From an uncultured Gemmatimonadaceae bacterium (GTDB taxonomy: Bacteria; Gemmatimonadota; Gemmatimonadetes; Gemmatimonadales; Gemmatimonadaceae), in assembly GCA_963740355.1 (NCBI GenBank), contig CAVUDW010000002.1, forward strand, positions 1,408,001 to 1,472,000: a DNA stretch of 64,000 nucleotides, read 5' to 3'. Position 1 is the first letter of the stretch. The number at the start of each line of letters is the position of its first letter. Positions 53,768-64,000 of this stretch are shown here, piece by piece. Under the pieces are notes generated by a model, which was not told the DNA's origin, did no database searches, and saw only the letters and a list, made by a program, of their open reading frames with translations. A program made the position numbers and the translations under genes.

Positions 53768-55213
53768 GTGAGCACGTCCGCCGCGAGCAAGACGCCGATG
53801 GTGGCCCGGCTGGTGTCGAAGTTCGGCCCCAGCATCCTGCCGTTTGCCGATGTCGCGACGACGGAACTTCCGTTGCCGCGGCTGTTGCGGCTGGGCCTGT
53901 TGCAGTTCACCGTGGCCCTGGCCACGACGCTCCTCGCGGGCACGCTCAATCGCGTGATGATCGTGGAGCTGAAGATGCCCGCGCTGATCGTGGGCCTGAT
54001 GCTCGCGGTGCCGCTGATCTCGGCGCCGCTGCGGGCCTTGATCGGCTACAAGTCCGATACGCACGTGTCGGTGCTCGGCTGGCGCCGCGTGCCGTACATC
54101 CTGGTTGGGACGATCCTGCAGTTCGGCGGCCTGGCCATCATGCCGATGGCGCTGATCCTGCTCTCGGGCGATTCACACGGGCATCCGGCCATCGGCATCG
54201 GGGCGAGCTTCTTCGCCTTCCTCTGCGTCGGCATGGGTTCGCACATGGTGCAGACGGCTGGCCTGGCGCTGGCGACGGACATCACGCCGGAGAAGGATCA
54301 GCCGCGAGTCGTGGCGCTGTTGTACGTCATGCTGCTGCTCGGCATGGTCGTCTCTAGCCTCGGCTACGGCGCCGCGCTGCGCAACTTCAACAAGATTCGC
54401 CTGATCCAGGTGATCCAGATGGCTGGCTTCCTCACGATGACGCTCAACATCGTGGCGGCATGGCAGCAGGAAGTTCGCGGCTCGGCCCCGACCAAGGCGC
54501 CGGAGAAGGCCCGTCCGCCGTTCATGGTGGCGTGGCGTGAGTTCGTGCGTGAATGCCCACAGCTGATCCGACTGCTGGTGGCGGTTGGCGTCGGCACCTT
54601 CGCCTTCACCCTGCAGGATGTGCTGCTCGAGCCGTTCGGCGGCCAGGTGCTGAAGCTTGGCGTGGCGGCCACCACATCACTCACTGGTGTGATGGCGATC
54701 GGTGCCATCGTCAGCTTCGCGCTGGCGCAGCGACGTGCCTCACAGGGTGCTGATCCAATCCGGCTCTGCGCGGTTGGTGCCCTCGTCGGCGTGGCGGGAT
54801 TTGCGCTGATCATCATGTCCTCGCCGCTGCTGTCCCCGGCGCTGCTGATGTCCGGCGCGCTGCTGATCGGCTTCGGCAATGGCTTGTTCAGCGTCGGCAC
54901 TCTGCTGCGGGTGATGTCGCTGCCGCATCATGGCGAACATGGGCTTGCCCTGGGCGCGTGGGGCGCGGTGCAAGCCACGTCGGCTGGCGTCGCCATGGCC
55001 GTTGCTGGATTCATCCGCGACTACTTCTCGGCCGGTGCGCTGAATCGATCGTCGCAGCTTGCAGATCCGTTTCCCGGCTTTGGGTACGTCGCGACGTATC
55101 TGGTGGCGGTGATTGGATTGTTCGTTTTGTTGGTGGTGCTTGGTCCGCTCACGGCGAGACGCCGCGCGGACGTGGTGCCGATGCCGTTTGGTATCGCCGA
55201 GTTCCCGGCGTAG
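53768..55213 (+). CDS. lhaA: LH1 assembly MFS protein LhaA
   Basis: [48 protein letters not shown]. Confidence 0.92.
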   Translation: MSTSAASKTPMVARLVSKFGPSILPFADVATTELPLPRLLRLGLLQFTVALATTLLAGTLNRVMIVELKMPALIVGLMLAVPLISAPLRALIGYKSDTHVSVLGWRRVPYILVGTILQFGGLAIMPMALILLSGDSHGHPAIGIGASFFAFLCVGMGSHMVQTAGLALATDITPEKDQPRVVALLYVMLLLGMVVSSLGYGAALRNFNKIRLIQVIQMAGFLTMTLNIVAAWQQEVRGSAPTKAPEKARPPFMVAWREFVRECPQLIRLLVAVGVGTFAFTLQDVLLEPFGGQVLKLGVAATTSLTGVMAIGAIVSFALAQRRASQGADPIRLCAVGALVGVAGFALIIMSSPLLSPALLMSGALLIGFGNGLFSVGTLLRVMSLPHHGEHGLALGAWGAVQATSAGVAMAVAGFIRDYFSAGALNRSSQLADPFPGFGYVATYLVAVIGLFVLLVVLGPLTARRRADVVPMPFGIAEFPA

Positions 55214-55265
55214 GCCTGTTCAGCAGTCGGATTTCGTTGCAGTCCCTCACATGGAAGGAGTAGTC

Positions 55266-55475
55266 ATGTTCAGGAATTTCACGCCGTACATCGACGTCAC
55301 ACAGATGGTGCTGTACGCGTTCTGGTTCGGGTTCTTCGGCCTGATCCTGTATCTCCGTCGTGAGGACAAGCGCGAAGGGTATCCGCTGGTGTCGAACGAC
55401 CCGAATCGCCTGCATCAGGGCTACCCGGCATACCCCGGGCCGAAGGAGTTCATCCCCACCCACCCGGAGCACTAG
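55266..55475 (+). CDS. puhA: RC H subunit, transmembrane half
   Basis: [38 protein letters not shown]. Confidence 0.9.
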   Translation: MFRNFTPYIDVTQMVLYAFWFGFFGLILYLRREDKREGYPLVSNDPNRLHQGYPAYPGPKEFIPTHPEH

Positions 55476-55478
55476 TCC

Positions 55479-56069
55479 ATGTCAGAAGTCATCATTCCGA
55501 AGTACGAGGTTCCGAAGAACGCGAGGCCGGTGGATTCGAACTTCGGTGCCCCGCTGGAACCGATCGGAAACCCGTTGACGGCTGGTATCGGGCCAGGCGC
55601 CTGGGCCGATCGCGCCGACCGTCCGGACCTCACGATCAAGGGAATTCCGCGCATCGTGCCGATGCGTGTGGCGACGGACTTCTTCGTTGCCCATCAGGAT
55701 CCCGATCCACGTGGCCTGGAAGTCCGCGGCATGGATGGAGCCGTCGGCGGCAAGGTCGTGGATCTGTGGGTCGATCGCAGCGAGCCGTGCCTGCGCTACG
55801 TGGAGGTGGAAGTGACTGGTGGTGGTCGTCGCCTGGTGCCGGTGCCGTTCATGCGCATCCCGCGTCCCGCGAACTGGTTCCCGTTCATGAACGACGGTCC
55901 GCAAGCCTCCCACGTGCAGATCGATGTGTTGAAGGGTGCTGACTTCGCCGGCATTCCGGAAACCAAGTCACCCGATCTCGTCACCCTGCTCGAAGAGGAC
56001 AAGATCAGCGCGTACTTCGGCGCCGGATCGCTCTGGAACTCCGAGCTTCGCTTCGGCCCACTGGTGTGA
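55479..56069 (+). CDS. puhA: RC H subunit, cytoplasmic PRC-barrel half
   Basis: GAPLEP.GNPL.AGIGPG.WA.R.D.PD, DPRG, DLWVDR.E, VTLLEEDKI.AY.G.G. Confidence 0.92.
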   Translation: MSEVIIPKYEVPKNARPVDSNFGAPLEPIGNPLTAGIGPGAWADRADRPDLTIKGIPRIVPMRVATDFFVAHQDPDPRGLEVRGMDGAVGGKVVDLWVDRSEPCLRYVEVEVTGGGRRLVPVPFMRIPRPANWFPFMNDGPQASHVQIDVLKGADFAGIPETKSPDLVTLLEEDKISAYFGAGSLWNSELRFGPLV

Positions 56070-56746
56070 TGATGGAGATTGTCGAACACGTTGGCCCCGA
56101 TGGGGAGGTCAGTCGCCTCCCCGCGGGGGAGCGCGTCCTCTGGACGGGCGCCCCGGACCAGCGATCGCTGGCGCGGTATTTCCTGCGTGAACGCTGGGTG
56201 CTCGCGTTCGTCGGTGTCTCGTTCGCGCTCGGTGCGACCGAGGCGTTGCAGCACGCCGATGGCGCCGTGCCGCGATTGGTTGGTGTGGCGACGCTGAGTG
56301 CCATCATGGCGTTGATCGCCATCGTCAGCATCCGGTTCTTCGCCTGGCGATTGGCGAAGTCGTCGAAGTACGTCATCACCGACAAGCGCGTCTACTTCAA
56401 CATCGGCATCGTGATGCGCGCCGATGCGAACATCCCGTACTCGAGTGTCGAAGGCGTAGACCTGATGCGTCGGCCCGATGGCTCGGCTGACCTGATGGTG
56501 ACGCTCACCGGCGCACAAGAGATTCCGTGGTTGTTGCTGTTCCCGCACATGACGTGGCGCGGTAGCCGACGTGGGCGCCCGACGTTCCGTGCGCTGCTGG
56601 CCCCTGACGTGGCGGCAGACGCCGTGGTCGGGGCACTGCGCGCCTACGTGCAGCCCAGCGCCCCGGATCTGTCCGGCGCCACCGCCGCATCGGTGCCTGG
56701 CACGGTCCGACAGTCCGTCTCGGCAGTCACTCCGTCGCCCGCGTGA
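56069..56746 (+). CDS. puhB: Photosynthetic complex assembly protein PuhB
   Basis: LPAGER.LW.G.P, Y.IT.KRV...IG, L.PH......P.FR. Confidence 0.8.
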   Translation: MMEIVEHVGPDGEVSRLPAGERVLWTGAPDQRSLARYFLRERWVLAFVGVSFALGATEALQHADGAVPRLVGVATLSAIMALIAIVSIRFFAWRLAKSSKYVITDKRVYFNIGIVMRADANIPYSSVEGVDLMRRPDGSADLMVTLTGAQEIPWLLLFPHMTWRGSRRGRPTFRALLAPDVAADAVVGALRAYVQPSAPDLSGATAASVPGTVRQSVSAVTPSPA

Positions 56747-56774
56747 GCACGTCGCGGACCAGGGGCACCACGGC

Positions 56775-57683
56775 ATGGTGACGTTCGAAAGTCTGGTCTG
56801 CGGGAACATCGTACGTCGCCACGCGCGCACCTTTGCGCTCGCGAGTGCGTTTCTCCCGCTCACCAAGCGGCGCGGCACCTATGCGCTGTATGCGTTCTGC
56901 CGATTGGCTGACGATGCGGTGGATCGTGCCGGCCCCGGTGGGCGCGACGCGGTGCGGGCGTCGCTGCGCAGCTTGCGATCGCAGCTCGACGATGCCCTGA
57001 CCGGTGGATTCGCCGGCCCGGTGATGCACGAAACGGCGTGGGCTATGCGCCGATTCGGGATTCCGATGGCGCCGATCGACGAACTGGTGGACGGCGTGGC
57101 TCGCGACCTCGACCCAACCGACTATCGCGACTGGCCCTCACTCAAGGCGTATTGCGAAGGGGTCGCAAGCAGCGTGGGTGAACTCTGCACGCATGTCTTC
57201 GGTGTGGTGGGCGGTGAGGGCAATCGTGATCGTGCGATCGCGTTCGCCCGGACGCTGGGGGTGGCGATGCAGGTCACGAACATCCTGCGCGACATTGGTG
57301 AGGATGCGTCCAACGGCCGGTGTTACCTGCCGGACGATGCGCTGAGTGCTGTCGGTCTGTCACGCGAGCAGGTCATGGCGCGTGACGTCGATGTGCGATC
57401 GCCTGCATGGCGCGCCATGATGCGCGAGTTCGTGGCACTGGCGCGCGGACTCTATCGCGAGGCGTTGCCGGGCATCGGGATGCTTTCGCCAGATTCGCGA
57501 CGCTGCGCGCAGGCGTGCGCGGTAGGGTACGCGGCGATCCTCGAGGCGATCGAGGAGGCGGATTACGACACGGTGTCGATGCGCGCGCACATCGGGTTTC
57601 GCCGCAAGACGCGCCTCATGCTGTCGCTCTATCGCGTGAACGATCCCGCGATGCTGGTGGCCGGCCAGCCAGCCGTCGCCTGA
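56775..57683 (+). CDS. crtB: Phytoene synthase
   Basis: YAFCRLADDAVD, YC..VA..VG, QVTNILRDIGED...GR.YLP. Confidence 0.88.
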   Translation: MVTFESLVCGNIVRRHARTFALASAFLPLTKRRGTYALYAFCRLADDAVDRAGPGGRDAVRASLRSLRSQLDDALTGGFAGPVMHETAWAMRRFGIPMAPIDELVDGVARDLDPTDYRDWPSLKAYCEGVASSVGELCTHVFGVVGGEGNRDRAIAFARTLGVAMQVTNILRDIGEDASNGRCYLPDDALSAVGLSREQVMARDVDVRSPAWRAMMREFVALARGLYREALPGIGMLSPDSRRCAQACAVGYAAILEAIEEADYDTVSMRAHIGFRRKTRLMLSLYRVNDPAMLVAGQPAVA

Positions 57684-57695
57684 CGGCTTACGACG

Positions 57696-58595
57696 TCAAT
57701 CCGGAAAGCGTGAGCGCAGCCAGTCCGTGAGTTGACGGATTGGGGCGGCACGCTCGACCTCGTTGAACAGTTCGTGGTAGAAGCCATCGAAGCGCTGCGC
57801 CGTCACGAGTGACGCGGGCGCGGCGGTCGCGAAGTCCTGCGAGCCGCTGGGATTCACCAGGCGATCGTCGCCGGCATAGAGCAGGAGCGTCGGAATCCGC
57901 CACTGCGGTGCGGCACGCCGGGCTGCGTCGCCGGCGGTCATGATCGCCTTCGCCAGCCGCGACGACACCCGGTCGTGCACGAGGGGGTCGTTCTTGTACG
58001 CCTCGACCACGGCGGCGTCGTGCGAGATGTACTTGACCTTGAGCCCGTTCGAGACGGCCGTGTTCGGGCTGATGCGCAGCATGGTGCCCATCAGGAGGCG
58101 CTGGAAGGCGCTCAGGTCGGCTCGCAGCGCTGGGGACGACAGGATGAGGGCGTCGGCCGCCTCAGGGGCGTGCGCGGCCGCCCAGGCGGCAAAGGCACCG
58201 CCCATGCTGTGGCCGAGCAGCACCACCGGGCCGCGATTCATGCCACGGGCAAAGCTCAGCGTCTCCAGCACATCGTCGCGGATGGCTTCCTGCGTCGGTA
58301 CGACGCCGCGGGCCCCGGAGGTGCGGCCATGTCCACGCTGGTCGGCAGCATGCACCTCCCACCCGAACGCCGTCAGCTCGTGCGCCAGGTCACGATAGCG
58401 GCCGCCATGTTCGCCCAGACCATGCACGATGACCACCGTCCCGCGTGGCGGTTCCGAAGGCGTCCAGACGCTCAGGACGAGCTTCGTGCCATCGCGCATG
58501 TTGATCCGTCGTTCGACGGGGGTGATCGGCATCGATCGGGCTTCTGGAAGGGCAGGCGGAGGGGTCGTCGGCGACCGACGGTCGTCTGGCGCCAC
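57696..58595 (-). CDS. Alpha/beta hydrolase (lysophospholipase-like)
   Basis: VHGLGEH.GRY, DQRGHG, GHSMGG, YHELFNE; start may be ~58532. Confidence 0.9.
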   Translation of the reverse strand: MAPDDRRSPTTPPPALPEARSMPITPVERRINMRDGTKLVLSVWTPSEPPRGTVVIVHGLGEHGGRYRDLAHELTAFGWEVHAADQRGHGRTSGARGVVPTQEAIRDDVLETLSFARGMNRGPVVLLGHSMGGAFAAWAAAHAPEAADALILSSPALRADLSAFQRLLMGTMLRISPNTAVSNGLKVKYISHDAAVVEAYKNDPLVHDRVSSRLAKAIMTAGDAARRAAPQWRIPTLLLYAGDDRLVNPSGSQDFATAAPASLVTAQRFDGFYHELFNEVERAAPIRQLTDWLRSRFPD

Positions 58596-58697
58596 AGCGA
58601 CGACAGGGAGGATAGTGCCGCTGTCCCTGAACGCGCCACGCGCCCGGATCGCTAGTGCGACCCGGGCGCGTGACGAGGGCGATGTACTGCGGAGTTC

Positions 58698-59870
58698 TTA
58701 CGGCGTCGAGCGGGCGGGCACCTGGGTCGCTGCGGGCATCGCAGCGGCGGGTGTGGTTCCCATCGCAACTTCGACTCCGGCTGCATTCGCCTTCATCGGC
58801 GCGACACTCAGCTTGGCGCCGACAGGCGTCGGCACCGGGGCGGTGAGTGGGGCACCGTCGTAGAGCGGCTTGCCACTGGCATCGAGCGGGCCAGTGGTCG
58901 CATCCCAGCCAGGAGCGCCCCAGAGAGCAGGGTAGTCCTTGACCATCTTCGCGCCATACAGCGGCTTGTAGATGCCGTTGTGACACGTGACGCACTGCGC
59001 CTTGGGAGCATCACCATGCTCGCCGAGACGACTGCGGGGATACACAGGCTGCAGCGGGTTCAGGTAGTTCATGTTCATGTCGCGGAGCATGGCCGATCCG
59101 TAGAGCGCCACCACGCGCTTCGGTGTCGACTCTTCCCATGACCCCATCGCGCGCGTGTTGTGACAGTACGTGCAGTTCACACCGAGCGCCTTGGACTGCG
59201 TGACCATCAGGGCGTAGGTGTTGTACGTCTGCCGGATCGACGTGCGATTGGCTGCGGCGCCCGGCAGCGGTTCCACCGTGTGGCTCTGCACACGGATGTC
59301 GTCGCGGTCGAGGTAGTGCCGCAGGATCTGGTTTTCGTTGCTGTAGAACCAGAGGCCATTCGGCAACGGCTGCCCGCGATGACAGGTGTAGCACGTGACA
59401 CCGGTGCCAGCTACATGTTGCGTGTAGTCGCTGTTGATGCGCTGCGTCATGCGGAGCATCATGCGAGCCACCAGCTTCGTGTAGATCGGCTGACCCTTGT
59501 TGGAGTCAGCCGCGAAGTTCGCGGTGTTGTGGCAGTAGGCGCAGTTTCCTGCGCCGCCGGCCACCCAGGAGCTCATGGCCGTCATCGTGCGCCCGAACTC
59601 GGCGGCGCTGATGTTGGTGAGCACCTGCACGTTCTTGTACTGTCCCATCGGGCCAGGCGGAGCCGGCGGAAGCGGTTTCGGAGCCTGGTTGTACGCCGCC
59701 GTCTTGGCGATGTCATCCGGGTCGTAGTTCGTTTCCATGGCGACGCCGCGGAAGCCGTGCTGGGCGATCTGCTTCGGTCCCGGCTTGAGGACATCCGGTG
59801 ACTTCTTGCAGGCGCCCAGCGCCACCAGCGAGAGCAGTGCACCGATGCGCACAGTGTGACGTGTGATCAT
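58698..59870 (-). CDS. pufC: RC-bound tetraheme cytochrome c
   Basis: Lipobox LGAC; CAYCH, CYTCH, CTYCH, CVTCH. Confidence 0.96.
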   Translation of the reverse strand: MITRHTVRIGALLSLVALGACKKSPDVLKPGPKQIAQHGFRGVAMETNYDPDDIAKTAAYNQAPKPLPPAPPGPMGQYKNVQVLTNISAAEFGRTMTAMSSWVAGGAGNCAYCHNTANFAADSNKGQPIYTKLVARMMLRMTQRINSDYTQHVAGTGVTCYTCHRGQPLPNGLWFYSNENQILRHYLDRDDIRVQSHTVEPLPGAAANRTSIRQTYNTYALMVTQSKALGVNCTYCHNTRAMGSWEESTPKRVVALYGSAMLRDMNMNYLNPLQPVYPRSRLGEHGDAPKAQCVTCHNGIYKPLYGAKMVKDYPALWGAPGWDATTGPLDASGKPLYDGAPLTAPVPTPVGAKLSVAPMKANAAGVEVAMGTTPAAAMPAATQVPARSTP

Positions 59871-61381
59871 GGTGTCGTCTCCGCTGGCAGTACGACCTTG
59901 CCTTCGCTGGCGATCTCGACGCGGCGGTTGCGGCGACGGCCTTCCGGTGTGTCGTTCGACACCGAGGGCTTGGTCTGTCCGAATCCGCGCGACTTGATGC
60001 GGTCTGCGGCGATGCCGTACTTGGTGGTGAGCATGTCGCGCACACGATCTGCACGACCTTGCGACAGCGTGAGGTTCGCCGTCGGGTCGCCGACATTGTC
60101 GGTGTGACCCTGCACCTCGACCTTGAGCGTCGGGTACTTCGTCATCAGGGCACCGAGGTTGGCCAGCTCGGCATCCGACTCGCCGCGCAGGGCATCCTTG
60201 CCGGTGTCGAAGTAGACCGCACTCATGATGAACAACCCGTCAGCGTTGAGCGAGTCGCGCATGTTGTCGGTCGACAGCACGGGCTTGTTGAAGACTTCCA
60301 AGTCGCCGGTGAGTTGTGCACCCTGCGGCACGGGGAGCTGCTGCGGCACCAACCGGCCGTTGGCATCCCGCATCATGCCCGGGAAGCTGTCCGGCGCCAC
60401 GCCCATGTACTGGCCGCGGAGGTACGGAGCCTGCTCTGCCTTCACTTCGTACTGCACCGGGTAACTCGGTGCCACGCCGTGCTTCTGTGCCCACAGGAAC
60501 CAGTTGTCGACGGCCGTCCCGGTCAGGAGAATGCCGATGCCACCGGTCAGTGTGGTCAGGGTCGCGAACCAGAATGCCCAGCGATGGATGGATTCCGTGG
60601 TGGCGTTGAAACCCATCGTCCAGCGCCAGAACAATCCCATGCGTTCGCCGGCGGTGCCACGATCCGTGATCTGTTCGATTTCGCGTTCCGCGCCGTAGCG
60701 ACTGGCGGCAAGGACTGTCGCCGCGTGCATCGCGAAGAGCAGGGCCGAGCCGTAGAGGAACACGATCGAGAGCATGTGGAACGGATTGTAGAACAGGTTC
60801 CCGTAGCGAATGGAGAATGACGCCGTCCAGTCGAGGTGCGGGAAGATTCCGAACGGCACCGCTTCCGACCAGCTGCCGACCATGATCGGGCGAATGAAGC
60901 CCAACACCAGGTAGAGCCAGATGGCTGACGCGAAGGCCCAGACGATGTGTGAACCCATGCCCAGCGCACGTGTGCGCTGATACATGCGGACCCACCAGAG
61001 CAGGATCGCGAGCGTGAGGAAGAAGCCGGCCAGCAACCACCAGCCACCCTGATTGAGCGGCGGAATGTGCAAGCCGTACTTCGGTGCCGGCGGTTCGAGC
61101 GAGAGCCACGGCAGTTGGCGAATGAACTGGATGGGACTCCAGCCCACGGACCGCCACATGTTGAGCCCGATGATCTCGAACGCGATGAAGCCGAAAATCA
61201 GCGAGAAGACGCCGGTGGTGCCGAGGTAGATCGGCCCAATCTGCGCATCGCCGAACTTGCCGGCCCAGTAGTTGAGAATCGGCTTGCCGTCGCGACCCCA
61301 GGTGCCACCGCGGAGCGGCACACCTTCGTCGACGGGTGCGTGCACCTGCACGCGGGTCCAGAGGTTCTGATATTCAATCAT
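59867..61381 (-). CDS. pufM: RC M subunit with C-terminal OmpA-like peptidoglycan-binding domain
   Basis: [38 protein letters not shown]; then VYFDTG..GHTDNVG..NL.LS.GRA..V..GFGQTKP..NDT.EGR..NRRVEI. Confidence 0.97.
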   Translation of the reverse strand: MIEYQNLWTRVQVHAPVDEGVPLRGGTWGRDGKPILNYWAGKFGDAQIGPIYLGTTGVFSLIFGFIAFEIIGLNMWRSVGWSPIQFIRQLPWLSLEPPAPKYGLHIPPLNQGGWWLLAGFFLTLAILLWWVRMYQRTRALGMGSHIVWAFASAIWLYLVLGFIRPIMVGSWSEAVPFGIFPHLDWTASFSIRYGNLFYNPFHMLSIVFLYGSALLFAMHAATVLAASRYGAEREIEQITDRGTAGERMGLFWRWTMGFNATTESIHRWAFWFATLTTLTGGIGILLTGTAVDNWFLWAQKHGVAPSYPVQYEVKAEQAPYLRGQYMGVAPDSFPGMMRDANGRLVPQQLPVPQGAQLTGDLEVFNKPVLSTDNMRDSLNADGLFIMSAVYFDTGKDALRGESDAELANLGALMTKYPTLKVEVQGHTDNVGDPTANLTLSQGRADRVRDMLTTKYGIAADRIKSRGFGQTKPSVSNDTPEGRRRNRRVEIASEGKVVLPAETTP

Positions 61382-61387
61382 TCGACA

Positions 61388-62218
61388 TTACCTCGGGGCC
61401 CAGAAGGGCAGGTAGAGCCACCAGTTCCACCAATCCTGCCAGCCGCGCGTCCAGAACGGACCGCTGAGGAGGATGCAGACGGCGCTCCAGAAGCCCGCAT
61501 TGAGGGCGAGGAAGAGGCCGAGACGGTGAATACCGATTGCGCCGATGGAGTAACCCACGGCGTCGCGGAAGAACGAGTTTTCATGTTCGCTCGTCTTCAC
61601 CGCTTCACCCTTCGGCGGCGCCGTCACTGACAGGATCAGTGAACCGTGCATCGCGAGGGCGAGGTTGTTGGTGAAGAAGAACGTGATCGCCAGCATGTGC
61701 GCCGGGTTGTAATGGAAGTGCTGGAACTGATAGCCGACGTTCGACACCCAGTCGAGATGACTGAGAATGCCGTACGGGAAGCCATGGCCCCATGCACCCA
61801 GCAACACCGGGCGGATGATGACGAGGGAGATGTACGCGAACACCGCGACGGAGTACGCCACGGGGACATGGTAGCCCATGCCCAGTTTGCGGCTGATTTC
61901 AGCCTGGCGCAGCACCCAGGCCACGAAGGCCACGGTCGCGCACATGGTGATGATCTGCCAGAGTCCGCCATCTCGCAGCGGCGCGAGGCGCAGCCCGTAA
62001 CTCAGGTCGGGCGGGGCGATATTGATCTGCCAGAGATTCCAGGTGGGGCCGATCGCTGCGCCATAGACGCAGAGGGCGGTCCCGAGTACTGCTGCAAACG
62101 CCGCCACCACGCCGAAAAATCCGACGTAGAACGGGCCAATCCAGAAATCGAACAAGTCACCGCCGAGGAGGGTGCCGCCTCGCACGCGATACTTGTATTC
62201 GAAGGACATCATCGCCAT
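61388..62218 (-). CDS. pufL: RC L subunit
   Basis: [42 protein letters not shown]. Confidence 0.98.
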   Translation of the reverse strand: MAMMSFEYKYRVRGGTLLGGDLFDFWIGPFYVGFFGVVAAFAAVLGTALCVYGAAIGPTWNLWQINIAPPDLSYGLRLAPLRDGGLWQIITMCATVAFVAWVLRQAEISRKLGMGYHVPVAYSVAVFAYISLVIIRPVLLGAWGHGFPYGILSHLDWVSNVGYQFQHFHYNPAHMLAITFFFTNNLALAMHGSLILSVTAPPKGEAVKTSEHENSFFRDAVGYSIGAIGIHRLGLFLALNAGFWSAVCILLSGPFWTRGWQDWWNWWLYLPFWAPR

Positions 62219-62271
62219 CGATTGTCGCTCCTTGCAAGCAAGCAGTAGCGCCGGCGTGCGAGGCTATGGCG

Positions 62272-62312
62272 CCGGATGGCTATACGTGGTCTGGACACAT
62301 GAAGCCATCCGG
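62272..62312 (-). other. Intercistronic stem-loop between pufA and pufL
   Basis: CCGGATGGCT...AGCCATCCGG 10-bp inverted repeat. Confidence 0.65.
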
Positions 62313-62333
62313 GCCGCAGCCCGCGCGCCGAAG

Positions 62334-62528
62334 TTACTTGCTGGCCGGCATCGGGGTGAGCGCGTCTGCCGTCGACACCTTGGCTGCGTTCCCATCAGGA
62401 TCGAGCCAGTTGTAGCGTGTGGTGCTGAGCAGAATGAAGTGGATGACCAGCGCCAACGCGAACATGAACGCGAAGATGCCGACCATCAAACGCCGGGGGT
62501 CGAAGCCCTGCCACATTTTATAAAGCAT
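62334..62528 (-). CDS. pufA: Light-harvesting alpha chain
   Basis: W..FDPRR.....[16 protein letters not shown]. Confidence 0.96.
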   Translation of the reverse strand: MLYKMWQGFDPRRLMVGIFAFMFALALVIHFILLSTTRYNWLDPDGNAAKVSTADALTPMPASK

Positions 62529-62538
62529 GGGTTTCTCC

Positions 62539-62739
62539 TCAGCTCAGGAAGCGGGTGGCGTGGTGCGCGGCGTCCATCAACTGTGCAGCTCCATAGGAGA
62601 GCGGCTTGCCGAGCCACGGGCGCCACTGCCAGCACAGGTAGTGCGCAATAGCGGCGAAGAACGCGAAGCCTACAAACGTCAGCATTGCCAACGAATGCAC
62701 GCCACGTGCTTCTTCGTCTGTCATCGGGGGCTTATCCAT
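62539..62739 (-). CDS. pufB: Light-harvesting beta chain
   Basis: MTDEEA..VH......F..F...A..AH.L.W.WRPW. Confidence 0.95.
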   Translation of the reverse strand: MDKPPMTDEEARGVHSLAMLTFVGFAFFAAIAHYLCWQWRPWLGKPLSYGAAQLMDAAHHATRFLS

Positions 62740-62859
62740 TCCAACCTCGAGAAATGGGGTGCTGCACGCTCCTGGCGCAGCGCAGGGCACGACATTGGAT
62801 CCCGTCGTGCAGGGTCGAACGATCCACCAGCTTGCGCCGGCCCAAACTCGAATCGTTCG

Positions 62860-62877
62860 TGTTGACCAGACACCACA
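62860..62877. promoter_or_regulatory. Possible PpsR box between divergent pufB and bchO
   Basis: TGT-TGACCAGACACC-ACA; lacks the inner C/G of the other boxes. Confidence 0.45.
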
Positions 62878-62891
62878 CCAAGAGGGCATGC

Positions 62892-63779
62892 GTGCCTGAT
62901 ACTGAAGGCCCACTGCCGGCACTGCCGGCAGACTGGCCACATATCGACTGTTCTTCGTTCATCACGGCCGCAGGACTGCGCTGGCACGTCCAGCGTGCCG
63001 GCAGCGGACCGACGGTCGTGCTCATCCACGGCACTGCGGGCGCCACGTTCACCTGGCGCGCCCTCTTTCCATTGCTCACGCCGTGGGCCGATGTCATCGC
63101 CTTCGACCTGCCGGGCCATGGCTTCACCACCGGCGCCACCACGGAGCAACTCTCGCTCGACGGCATGACCAACGCCGTCAACGCACTGCTCCGGGCGCTC
63201 GATGTGCGGCCCAGCATCGGTGTCGGACACTCGGCGGGGGCGGCAGTCCTGCTGCAGCTTGCGTCGTCCCACGAGGTCACACCACAATCGATCATTGGTG
63301 TCAACAGTGCACTCGTTTCCATCAATGCACTAGGGCAAATCATGCTGCCATTTTCACGCGCGCTCTTCGATGTTGAGAGCGTACGCTCAGCAGTCGCTGC
63401 ATTGCTGCGAAACGGCACCATCGCACGCACGCTGCTGCGCTCCACCGGCACCACACTCGACCCGGTGCAGGAAGCGCGATACGTCGCCATGCTAACCGAT
63501 GAAACGCGTGTTGGAGCGGTACTGCGCATGATGGCACGCTGGGACCTGCCGACACTGCAGGCGCAGTTCCCACGCGTCAGGGTGCCGGTGACGCTGGTGC
63601 ACTCGCGCAACGAGCCGTGGGTGCCATTCGACGAACTGCTCGAGGCGACCCGCACATTGCCGATGCGCTCGGTGATCGACGTGACCCCTGCGGGCCACCT
63701 GATCCCCGACGAGCAAGCACCGCGACTGGCCGAGATCATCGCCTCGGCCGTCGCGTCACTCGCTCCACGCACCGACTGA
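62892..63779 (+). CDS. bchO: Alpha/beta hydrolase BchO
   Basis: DWP....S.F....GLRWHVQ..G.GP..VL.HGT.G...TWR, DLPGHGFT, VGHSAGAA. Confidence 0.85.
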   Translation: MPDTEGPLPALPADWPHIDCSSFITAAGLRWHVQRAGSGPTVVLIHGTAGATFTWRALFPLLTPWADVIAFDLPGHGFTTGATTEQLSLDGMTNAVNALLRALDVRPSIGVGHSAGAAVLLQLASSHEVTPQSIIGVNSALVSINALGQIMLPFSRALFDVESVRSAVAALLRNGTIARTLLRSTGTTLDPVQEARYVAMLTDETRVGAVLRMMARWDLPTLQAQFPRVRVPVTLVHSRNEPWVPFDELLEATRTLPMRSVIDVTPAGHLIPDEQAPRLAEIIASAVASLAPRTD

Positions 63780-63782
63780 CCA

Positions 63783-64000
63783 TCACGCATAAGCACCGCC
63801 GCGCATCGCTCTCCGCGATGCGAGCACATGATCGCGTGTGACCGATGAATCCTTCAGCTCGCGTGCGTCACGCTCCGCCAGGTCGCGAATCCGCTTCGCG
63901 GCCGAGATCCGGATGAGCACGGGCTGCTCCTCGAGCAGTTCCTCGAGCGCGGCACTGGCCTCATCCGTCCACGGCAGCTCCTGGTGCAGGCGCGACGGCG
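63783..64000 (-). CDS. bchZ: Chlorophyllide reductase subunit Z, 3' end
   Basis: Minus frame PSRLHQELPW..EA...LEELLEEQPVLIRISAAKRIRD.AE...GGAYA*. Confidence 0.85.
   Translation of the reverse strand, partial: PSRLHQELPWTDEASAALEELLEEQPVLIRISAAKRIRDLAERDARELKDSSVTRDHVLASRRAMRGGAYA

Noticed and set aside
62539..62610. C-terminal extension of PufB as a novelty
   Set aside because: Beta chains often carry extensions that are processed

Overview
GC-rich bacterial chromosome segment, most consistent with a phototrophic Gemmatimonadota. This is inferred from a type-II photosynthesis gene cluster with acsF between bchM and lhaA and a split RC-H gene. 1-8 kb: housekeeping genes (dnaX end, ybaB, recR, mglB-mglA, pgsA, cinA, a REP-like repeat cluster, grpE, dnaJ). 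8-21 kb: accessory genes (sigma54-type pilin locus, MarR pair, aminotransferase, dipeptidase, and a GH43-lactonase-Dabb block flanked by ~520-bp direct repeats of a tauE-like gene). 21.5-27.7 kb: a visibly AT-richer defence island (DUF262+HEPN, Abi_C, TIR, unknown TM protein). It is organised like an integrase-less integron cassette array with attC-like sites and carries IS110/IS481 relics. 27.9-43 kb: one long minus-strand run, aerR-ppsR-bchG-pucC-like-bchP-tspO-hemA-hemE-hemF-hemG-bshB1-kynB-iscS-mnmA. 43-64 kb: bchFNBHLM-orf-acsF-lhaA-puhA(split)-puhB-crtB, pufBALMC, bchO and the end of bchZ. The strongest novelty is the reaction-centre M subunit (PufM), fused in frame to a C-terminal OmpA-like peptidoglycan-binding domain. 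bchG has an in-frame TGA and mnmA a +1 frameshift, either of which may be real or a sequencing error. All calls come from motif recognition by eye; no searches were run.
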